From contig CM120640.1 in assembly GCA_051362555.1 (NCBI GenBank), positions 21,638,001-21,702,000 of the forward strand: a DNA stretch of 64,000 nucleotides. Direction: 5' to 3'. The translations under genes were made by a program, and so were the position numbers. The stretch's first letter is position 1; every line of letters starts with the position of its first letter. This document shows positions 37,601 to 49,200 of this stretch, in pieces. The notes beneath the pieces were generated by a model, which searched no databases, had not been told where the DNA came from, and saw only the letters and a list, made by a program, of their open reading frames with translations. Source of the stretch: Lingula anatina (Eukaryota > Animalia > Brachiopoda).

Positions 37601-40600
37601 AGTCACATGATGCAGCAGACATGTCTAAACAGATACAGAATACAAGGCAGGTTAAATCACTAGATATGAAGGGGGCTAAAGAATCTGAAAAAATCAAGCC
37701 TGCCATTACAAGGAGGCCCAGACTTCCTTCACCAACTGCTCCCAAGAGTCCCCTGCTGGAAGCTATGCCAGGCGAGCAGTGCTATGGCGTCTCTCTGTCC
37801 AAGGCACTGGAGGTTGGGTTATATGAAACTAAGACTGGTAGGTTCTATGATCCTAGTAGTGGAGGTCATGTTACACTCCATCAGGCTCTTAATTGTGGTC
37901 TGCTGAACCCAAGTGGCAGAGAAATTTTGGACCAGTCAGGTGCAAAGCTGACCTTGGATGAAGCTGTTCAGAAGGGGATAGTAGATTTGCGCAAAGGATT
38001 TTTAATTGATCCTAACACTGGGGAGCGCTTACACATGGATCAGGCATTTGAAAGGGGGCTGATTGCTCCTTCAGAAAAAGGGGAAGTGAATGGCCATGTC
38101 CAGGGTTTGACTCTTGCTGATACACTCCAGCAAGGCCTCATTAACACCACCACTGGTATCATAAGAGACCCTGTCACAGGGAGAGTACACACCATGGGAG
38201 AGGCAGTGGCACAGGGGCTGATTGATGGAGATGCCTCCATGGTCATTGACCCAATAACACTCAAACCAGTCTCTGTGTCTGTAGCCTTGGCTTCTAGAAT
38301 TATGGAACCTAGAACTGGAAAACTGAGGCTGCCAGATAAATTCAACAGTCTTACAATCGAGCAAGCTCAAGAGAAAGGACTGATAATCCTAAAAGGAAAG
38401 CAACATGGTGATGATCGGTATCCATTAGGTGATGTTATAGCTGAAATTACTGCAAGCCAAGAAGCTATCTCCTCCCTCTCTAGTTCAGATAGGATGGGCA
38501 GACTAAAAGGAGATGAGGAAAAAGAGGCAGTGCATGCCCATGTTCAGTTTGACATGTCACTGAATACTGTCACTGGTTCTGAGAAAGCTGTAGTTAGTGG
38601 ATCATCTGACCCAATGGCATTGATGGGCCTAGAAACTGAACTAACTTTAACATCTAGTAGATCTTTTGAACAGCAGTCTGCAGGTCCTGTACCTTCACAG
38701 CAATCCAGAAGCATTTCACAGTCATTGCCCAGACAGGCACAGAGGAGGAAGGTTTCGGTGGACGGACTGCTTATGGAAGAAACCAAGGTAGGTTGCTTGT
38801 GGTGAACTTAGCCATTCTATTATTATAGGGTCTTGCCTTCTGGTAGTTACAATTGACAAAAAAAACTTTTTTGTGCATTCACTGCATTATGCCTGCTTTT
38901 CTCTGTGCCTAGATGCCTGCTTTGCTTGCCACTAATACTTAACAGCCCATTACACCATTTATTTACTTTTTTGTTTGTTTGTGCATGTGTGCACAAGACT
39001 GTTTGGATATTATTTTTGACTATCATCCCTTGAGGTGGAGGTTTTGGTTTTACATACACATGGTTGGGAAGGGAATCTCTTTGGTAAATATCCCCATATT
39101 TTTTGTCTATTTACTTTGCCTTCTTTATCGTGCATTTATACAATCAGTAAAGAAAACTATTTATTGAAGTAAAAGAAGCTTACAGACTCTTAAAATGTTG
39201 AATAATTAGCATTTACTTCCACTGTTCAAGGGACTTATGCATCATGGTTAATGGTAAGAATGACGTTAATGTTAGTCTTGCATTTATACTGTAGAAAAGT
39301 ATTATGTAACTTTGTTTTCAAAGTGCATGGCGTGTAAAGACATTTTGCATTATTACTTGATAGTTGTAAATGTTGATAGTCCACTAACAGATTGATATGT
39401 TTCCAACTTCATAGGTGTATGCAGAAGCTAGTAAATACAGCTTCTATAACTACTAGTTGAGTAGTCAGCTGGCCTTGCATAAAGTGACCACCTGTCCAAC
39501 AGGAACCAAGGAGAGCACCTTGACCTCGAAATCTATGAGCAGCATAATACATTATCATACAATTATAACATATAAGACATTAGCATAACTATCGCATATG
39601 CCAGAGACTTTCTGATGTCTAAAATATCTTTTGGGAAATGTTTGAAATTGGAGAATGAGGAAACTCATGCTGGAAATATGTAGTAGAATTATTATTCTTT
39701 CTAACTTTTTAAAATATCATTAGGTGACTGTTTATTCTTTGTATTGTAATCACAATTATATTAAACCATTTTATAATGTGGCATTATATTGATACAAAAC
39801 CCCTTGCTTTTAAGTCATTTAACCCATTCATTAAAAAGAATATTTTAAAAAATGAACGAAAAAATTGACAGATATGTGTTTGACAGTTCCGCTGTTCATG
39901 TATTGTTGTGCAATGAACCAGTAGGCAGTTTAGCTAGTATAAATTTTGCGCTTTTGGTCAAATATAAATTTGAAAAATACAATCCAGCTTTTCTTGATAG
40001 GTCCCAAAATGCTGAATATTTGATAGATGTTTAAAAATTTAAACAAAATTGCTAAATTACAATGATTACTCGTTTAATTTCCGTACTGCTGATATATTGT
40101 AAGGTGATAGCTCTTTGTATTTACTTATTAGAAATGATATCCCAATATTGAGATATGTTGACAGCTTTCCAGACTCCAACTACGTAAATATGATGCTCTA
40201 CTTTATTTAATTATCTGCTTGGTCCCAAGATTTACATCTTTGAGTAAAAGATCATAGATGAAAACCAGAGGACATATCTGTTTGAAAATACAATTTTCTT
40301 AATGGTATGGAAGCTTCACACAAATCTGCCACTCTTTTTTATATACAAACTTATTCTTTTAGAAAGATTCTTAAGGTGCCATGAGCTGACTTAAATACAA
40401 TTAATTGAATTACTGAAGAAAGTTCATCTATTTATATACAAAGGGGAAGTTTTATTATATAACAGCTTTACACTGCCAATAAAAAATGCTTTAAGATAGG
40501 AATGGGATGATTTTAGTAAGGTTTCTGAAACAGGGTTTACACTTTTGTTATCAGTGTATTTTAAAATGAATGTTTTTTGCTTGTTTGAATTTTGAAATGG

Positions 40601-43182
40601 TTTTATGGAATGCAAATTGCAATTTTATCTTTTTCCATTGTTTGCTGTTAGTGCCATTGTTATACTTGCTAGAACTCTATATTGTATAAAACCATTGTAT
40701 CTTATTTATATCAATAAACAATTAGTTATACTAACAAGAGTGAGTGAGTTTGAGTTGCTTTTGTAAGTCTTATTTCAGATACTCGGTGTTAGTTCTAGGT
40801 TTGCATTTTGGAATTTCATGATATCAAGTAGCAGTTGATTTGCATCATGAATTGTAAGTAGAATTTGTTTGGCATATTCAACAGTCACTTTTGTGTGAAG
40901 CAGCAATTGCTCAAACAAGTTAAAAAGCTTTGTTGCTGTTACTTTTCAAATAACACTGCTGATTAGCTGAATCTCAATGCTTTCTACTAGTTGACAAGCT
41001 TAATGATGAAAATTCATTAAGATTCCAATGATAATACTGCACTTGTTTCTGACAGAAAGTATCCTTTCTCTGTAAACTAAGGAACTTGCAGTAGGAAATG
41101 TTCTTGAGTGATTTCAGATAGTGCTCACCAGTGCTTCATGCTTGCATCTTTCACTTCTCAGTTTCAAACGCCGTGCTTTTTGTAATGGTAAAAGTACAAT
41201 GTAAATATCACAATGAAATTTCATGGTAAATGAATAATTTGTATTCTCAGAAAAATATGCATGCTTCATTTATAACTTTATAAGTTTGATCTATGCTTAC
41301 CACTTGCTTACAGAGATCTGTTGATGTGTTTCTTGCAGTCTAAGAAAACTATTAGAACAACTTGCTTATATTCTGTGCTCCTGTATCTTAGGACTATGTA
41401 GCAGAAACGTACGAACAGGTTGTGCAAGAGTTGCGGAATCAGACAAACTGGATCACCGATGTTGAACATTACTTTGACAACCAGCGACCTATAACAGATG
41501 ACAGCACAGAACTCCAGAAGTTACTCCTAGAACAGCAGGTATAAATGATTTGATAATTCTGGATTATTGGATTAGCATAAAAACCCTGTAAATATTTTTG
41601 CTTTGATTAAGGGCCAATTGATTCAGAAGTAATTTCAGAAAGATTAGTAGAAGAATGGGGCATTTTGATTTAATGTTAAAAAATGATATGTGAATCCTTA
41701 TAAGGGAATCCTTATGCCATGTACCTGTGGCATTTAGTTGACTATTTCCCCACCAGGTGTCTTCAGTATCAGGTACCTTAATGACTGTAATTATATGTTG
41801 TGTTAAGGGTCTGAACTATGTTGTTATCTCCCTATATTCAGAGTGTGCAGAAGGAGATCTCTAACCATCACAGTCCACTCCTAGCTGCTGTCACGCAGGC
41901 AGAACAACTACTGGATGACCACATTGATGAATTAGATGATGACCAGGTCAACCAGCTTCAAGCTCTTGTAGGGAACCTCAAAAACCGACTGGATAATGTA
42001 TGTTGTTGTCATTGATGGAAGAATTTCAAAATGGAAATGTTAGATTTACATATCTGCTGTAGTGTAATAGTAAATGGATCCAAGGTCGAATTAAATTTTA
42101 GTGGAAAAGAGTCAAATGAGAATGTTATTTCATTCAGAAATGCAGTCATTCAAAATAAATATAAATTTAATTTGGCAAAAACCAATTGGTTGAATATTTA
42201 TTATTTTGATAATTTAATGTAAAGTGTCATAGATAAAAAATTGATAATGTAATAATGAGGGAAGTAAATTGAAATTTATTATCGAATTACAGGTCTGTGT
42301 TGAATCAGAATCTCGCTTGAAACATTTAGAAGGAAGTTCTCAAGAACTACAGAAGTTCAGTGGTGAACTTGGCAAGGTTCTTGCATGGTTGCAAGCAGCA
42401 AAGGAAAATGTCACTCCAAAAACTGCCATCAATCTAAACAAGCTGAAAGAACACATGGACAAGCACAGGGTGTGTATGTCTTTTAGCAGCTGGGTGTCAT
42501 GCTGTGTTAACATTTTTAAAGTGATCTAAAAGATGGTTACTTTCCTGTCAATAGTTTAAGTTTTCTTTCTTTCTGTTCTTGCTAAATGCCTTTCTTAAAA
42601 ACAATGGAGCATCTGGTTAAGTTACTCTTTCAAACTGGTGCCTTGTTAACAGTGGTTTAACTGAGTGCTCTGCCTGTGTAGGGAATAGCCCTATTATAAT
42701 CTTGAGGTCACAGAGTTCATTTATCATGGGCGTTTATCTACAGCTGCTATTTGGGACTCTGATAACATCTTTTATTAAAGTGCATGTATCCATTTAGGTG
42801 TTTGTTAAAAGGAACTACAAGCATTTGAAAATATTGAGAATTATACAGTGAATATATAACATCTGTTATACATGAATTATAATTTCAAATGACCAGTACA
42901 TTGTGATTTTGATTTTTTTTTTCAATTAGAGATGGTTTATAATAATAGTTTTCCTTTATTGTGCCTTAAAAATAAGGCAGTTGTTTGCCAAAATATTGAA
43001 AAATAGTTTTATGAATCATATAAATGTGAGAGGTATAGATAGGTTTTATAGTATAAAAATTGTTTTTTTAGGCATTTAGTCGGGAAGTGATGGCCCATGA
43101 GGCTGATCTACGCTTCCTCAATATGGCTGCACAGCATTTTATGGATGAGGCAAAGGTAAGGAGATGGGAGATGGTAGTTTGC

Positions 43183-43213
<31 letters not shown>

Positions 43214-46200
43214 ATTTTGCCTAGATTTGTCATATTTCAAGGCAGTAAGCTATTTATTATCATTGTCATTTTATAATGTTGGGAGTTGTATTGTCGTAGA
43301 TTAAAGTCTAAAGGCAGATATGTTCTAACACATCATATCTGTGAAATTTAAAAAACTTACAAGTTAAGAAATAATATCTGAATGGTGCAATAATATTGAT
43401 CTGAAAACTTTTAGTTATATGTAAGCTGATACAAAAATCATAAGTTGCAGTAGTGATATTTTTTCATTCATGTAACAGAAGTGAGCATTGATTTTTTTTT
43501 CATTTTCAGCAATTTCAAAAATGCCAACTCAAATACAAAAAGGGAGGTGATCGGTCCTCTAAGCACCTCATATTACCTGGTGAGGATATAGAGGGCGTTA
43601 GGGACAAGGTCAAGGACACCATGGACTCCTATCAGGACATTTTAGATCAGTGTAATGCCTATTCAGAAAAACTTGATAAAACCTCAGAGAAAAATAAACA
43701 TTTCCTGGAGACAGTTGGAAAAATTGAAGACTGGATAAAATCTGCCGATAAAAGACTCAATGAATTGGACTGGGAAGGTGTTTCAAACGATGCCCAGGGA
43801 ATGTATAGACAACTAGAAAAGATCAGAACAATAAATGCTGAGGCTATAGCACAATCAAAACTGATCGATGATGTGAAACACACAGGAAAAGAATTGATAG
43901 TGTGTTTAAGAGAACTCAAAGCCAGCGATGTTCAGATAGAAGATGTGGAGCATCGAATGAATGATGTTGAAGATCAGCATGGGTTTATTACTGCAGATCT
44001 TATGTCACGTTCAAGCGTGTTACAAACAACCATGGTACAGTCACAAGGTGTCCGGGAAAGTTTGGATGGTCTTACAGATTGGCTGACAAATGTGGAGGCC
44101 AAAATAAGAAACTTAAGACCAATAAGTCTTAACAGAGACACGTTAAAAGAGCAGATGAGTGAAATTGAAGTTTTGCAAGCTGACATTGATGCCCAGCAAC
44201 AAGCTGTGGAAAGTGTGAATAAAAAAGGTGCTGAAATTATTAAAAATAGTGACCCTGAAGTATCAAAGTCAATGCAGGCAAAACTGAAAGACCTTAACAC
44301 AAGATTTGGTGAGGCTTTATCAAGAGCTGACACTCGTGTTCGAGACCTGGAAGAGGTTTCAGACAGACTAACTGCATTCCAAACAGCTTTGAAAAATTTT
44401 GACGAGTGGTGCATACCCACTCTGGATTCTTTGGACTCAAAGACAACTCTGCAATTAGAACCTGCTCAATTCAAGGAGAAAGTAGACATTTTTGCTCAAG
44501 AAAAAGACAGTCAGCTGCCATATTTAGAAAAGTTGCGCCACCTGGGTAAAGACCTCATTGAAGATCCAAGAACTATGGAGACTGGTTTGGTGAAAGATGC
44601 TTTAACAAATGTAGAACACAGCTGGCATGACATTACTGCTTTACTGTCAGAGAGGGAAAAGGATGCAGAGATGAGGGAGAAACATTCCACAGGTTATGCC
44701 AATTTAAGGACACTAGTGTTGTTGTGGCTAGATGGTTTTGAGGCCAAAGTGTATGAACTCCAGCCTGTAGCTGTCAAGATGGAGGTTGTCAAAAAGCAAA
44801 AGGATGAACTTAAGGTAAATTTCTAAAACTTAAATTATTAAAAAGATATTGGAGAGGGGGAGTTCATACTGTAAGTTTAAGTTATTGTTCCATTATATAT
44901 TTTTGTTATTAATGTTTTTCTTTAACTAATGTCATTGACCATGCTCCTTTTACAGAATTGTAAAATTTAGAGTAATTGAACACCGACTTTAGAGGATGAG
45001 AAAAAATTACTAACTGTACTATCATATTTTGTAGCCTCTGATAGAGGAGTGTGAAAACTACGGCACTACTATTGATGAAATCAATGATGTAGGCAATGCA
45101 TATGACCAGTTGCAGCAAGGAGAAAGAAATATTAGCCCAATACGAAGAACGAGTAAGTTAACTGATATTTTCCAAATTTATGTCTTGCAGTTAAAAAAAA
45201 ATATTGATTTTGTAATTTAGGTTGTCTCAGTCATCATTGTATACAGTGCATACATTGTATAAGTAGTCATTGTATAAAAAATTATTTTAAAGAAATGATT
45301 CTACAAGAAAGGAACATATTAAAAACAGATACTTAGAAAGCTGTACTATTTTTCAAAATTAAATAGTATGTTATCAGTTATTCAGTCATAAGTTGTGACA
45401 GATTTAACTTTTTTGTCATATACTCTTTTGTCATACCAGGACAACGCGTTTCCTCATTGCGCTCACCATCACGATTAAAAACCCCGTCCCCTACACGAAG
45501 TGGACCTAAGTCACCTGGCTATGTCAATGGCTCTGTGTCAAGTGAATCCAGTGGTGTCAGCAGCCGCAAGAGCTCTGTAGACAACTTTTTGTCTCTTGAA
45601 GGTAATGTCACATGATGGTGTTTGTAGTGATTGTTAAGGAAATGTTTAAAATGAAATAGTGCTCTACACTGGAAATGTGTTTCAGTCGTGGATTTCTGAA
45701 AAGACAAATAAGTCTTTATTTTTATGAAGGTGTAAACATCTCGGACTTAAAGATTAACTGGCATCCTTGCATTTACTGATCTTTATTTTTTCAGATCTCA
45801 CTGAAACACAATGCCAACTAATTGACATCAATCAGCGCTACGAGATGCTGAATGATCTTCTGGCTGATCGTCAAGCAGAAATTAATAGAACTCTCCTGAG
45901 TCTAGAGGCCCAGAAAGTGGACCTTGAGAATGTGAAAACATGGCTCCAGGAACACAAAGTGGACCCTGCAGAACACGTGCCTGCAAGTCAGAGCAAATCT
46001 CAGCAGTTGCTTAAGGATCATGCAGTAGGTTTTCTTATAAATAAATATTTTTCTAAATGAAGTCTGATCAATTTTTTCCAAATGAAAGATATACAAAGAT
46101 ATACAGTTTTTTATTCTGAATTGCTTAAAATTCACAAAAAGGACCTCTTGATTCATTATGTAGGAAATAAAGTTGTAAATTGAACATTGATAACATTTTT

Positions 46201-49200
46201 GTGAAAGTTAGATGGCTGTTCAATAGTTCTCTAAAGTTGTCTATATTGTTTCAGAAATTCGAGGCTGAGATGCACAGTAAAGAAGACTTAATAGCTGCCA
46301 TGAAGGAAAGGGTGACAGAACTGGTCAAAAACAAGGGGGATCAGTCTGGCACAGCTGAACTAGTGAAAAATCTACAGCAGCTTGGTTAGTGGCTATTTAA
46401 ATGAATTGGCAGGGGTGGATCCAGAGATATTTTCTGACAGTCTTCCAAAATATCTTTGTTGATCCATCCTCATTTTTGACCGTCTTCCGACAGAAAAAGT
46501 TAAATATCTGTCTATGTAAACTTGAAAATCTGACCGTCTTCTGGAAGACCCAGAAGACGGCCTAAATCTGCCCCTGATTAGAATATATGTTATAAAATAT
46601 AAGAATAAGGATGATAGTCAGATGATGCTTTTGTGTCTTCTATCAATAGATTTGCTATTTGAAAATTTTCTCAACATATTTTTTTTAATGAGAAATGTCA
46701 ATAAAATATGTACTATGCAAAAAGAGGAAGAATTCTGTGATGAGAGTTCATATTTTCCATGTAACTTACCTTTTGCATTAAGGTTATTGTAATGCTTGAT
46801 ATTCATTTAGTATATATCCTCCCTTTCAGAGGAGGAGTTCACTGATGCCAAAGCTGCGTGTGAGCAGAGGCGCAGATCCCTGGCCAACATGGTGGAAGAC
46901 ATGAAAGAGTTCAAAGACACTTCACGTCACCTGGACAAATGGCTGGTCCAGAAGGAGAAGATGGTGGCTGTGCTGGGCCCCATTGCTACTGAGGAAACAC
47001 AGATACAGAACCAACTAGAACAAGTCGAGGTAAATGGCAGAATGGAATAGAAATGAATTTACATCAGTAGCATATGTGTAATGTTGAAATGGAACAGAAT
47101 TTCACTCGCTGTCTGTTCAAAATGTTAGTTGAGCTTTTGGTCAAGGGTTTTTTTTTTGTCATTTGAGAGGGAGAGAAATGGAAAACATTACACACCAGAC
47201 ATTATTCTCAAATGTTAGTGCCTTTTGATTTTCTTGATTCAAAGAATTTTGTTCTTAATTGATTAATTTAATGTTTGCTTTTTACTCAGGTTTTAGAAGA
47301 AGAGCTTGCTGGTCACCAGCACCAGTATGAACAGTTGGTCCAGGCAGGCAGCTCCATTCTGGACCAATGTGAACCTGAGTCCAAGGAAGCCCAGAGAATC
47401 AGCCAACAACTTGAAGAAATTAGTAAAAAGTGGAACAATCTGGAGTCCAGTCTTCAGCAGAGAGAGAACACTTTGAAAGAAGTGCAGACGGTCAGTGCTG
47501 GCTTCTACGATGCTATACAAGACATAGGAGAGTGGGCCCCAAAGACAATGGACAGACTCAGTCGCCAGGCCAGCATTTCTTCACAGGCAGATATCATGAG
47601 AGAGCAAGAGAGAGAGCTTAAGGTGGGAAATTCTTAAAGACCCAGTAGCCTTAAAGACCTTGTAGCCTTTGTAAGATTTTATATCGTGCTTTTTCCAGAA
47701 TTTGCTTGTTATAATAAACAGACTATTTCTGAGTGAACAAGATGTTCATTTTCCCCAGGACATACAAATTGAACTATATACCATTCATGTTCAGTTCTAG
47801 CTGCCAGCTATAGTAAGTTTGCATTTTTTTTTGTAGGACCTTGAGGAAGAAGCTAAAGAAAAAACCAAGATTTTAGAAGATGCAAGAAATGCTTATGGAA
47901 AGATTAGTGACAAAGTGAAAGACCAGTCTACCAAGCAAGATTTGAAAAATAAACTAGAAATGATGGATAAATCTCTCAGCGACACAAAGAGGAGGATAGG
48001 TGAGTGAAAAAGATGTTTACTGAAATACTGAATATGTTGAATATTTGTGTTTGTTAGTGGGATAAATAGATATATTAGCACATATTACATAAGTACATTA
48101 TAGTGTGGAAAGATTCCTTTTAATGTTTCTTAATATATTTGCTTTTACAGGGGCATTCAGATGTTATGTTATTGTAACATCAGCATTAGTCATTTTATAA
48201 AATGTCTAATTTAATTAAATGTTTGTTTATAGCTGGCAGGAAGGCTGATCTGAAAGTAGCCATGAAAGAAGGAGAACAGTTCACCCAGTCTTGTGCAGAT
48301 CTGATGGACTGGGTCCAGGGAGCTATGACAGAACTGGACAGTGGTCAGCCTGTCTCTGGAGATGACCTAACTCTCAAGGACCAGCTCAGGCAGCATGAGG
48401 TACAGAATAAACCCACTGTCTCTCAGTGTTGATCATTTTGGTCAAGATAAAAGTGACAAAAAGGAGATTTTTATTGCGTCCTAATATTTAGTGCTATCAA
48501 GACTTTATATTTTGTTATTCAACTGCATATGTTGCAAAACATGGTAAATGTTTACATTTATAAAAGGAAAATTATTATGTATGGGCCATCTTTCATGCTC
48601 ATGTTTAGAGCCTAGGAAAAGTACCCAGTGTAATAATTGCAAATTTACCATTAATTGCTTTACAGGCTCTTCAGAAGGAAATGGATGACAGACAGGATCA
48701 GCTTAAACTCCTGCTAGACAAAGGTCAGCAAGTATTGACCAGCACTCCACCATCTCCAGCCACTGCTGACCTCCAGAATAAGCTAGACACCATCAAATTG
48801 CAATGGGATGCGTTGGAGAAGAAAGCAACACATCGGAAGAGAAAACTTTCTGATTGCAATGAGAAGTCATCTGCCTTCCACCAGAGCTTAGATCACATGA
48901 CAACATGGCTGCAGTTTGCAGAGGAAAAATTGGAAACGATGGAACCAGTGGCACTGGAGAGAATGAAGGTGATCCAGCAGCACAAAGATGTACAGGTAAT
49001 AAACTTTAAGGATGATAAAGGGTTATTTTAATTCATGACCAAAACTTTATGAACTAGCCTGTATTTTTTTAAAGAAAGTATTAATTTATATTGTTAATGC
49101 ATATATCACTGTCAATTTATTTGAATGTTTGCAAATGATTATCTGATGTCTAAAGAATATCTATGATAATTGTTTAGTACTTGTGAATGGTTTGCATTCA

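Noticed and set aside
43183-43208. Poly-A as a retroelement tail
   Set aside because: Only 27 nt after a splice donor, with no element body or target duplication visible.
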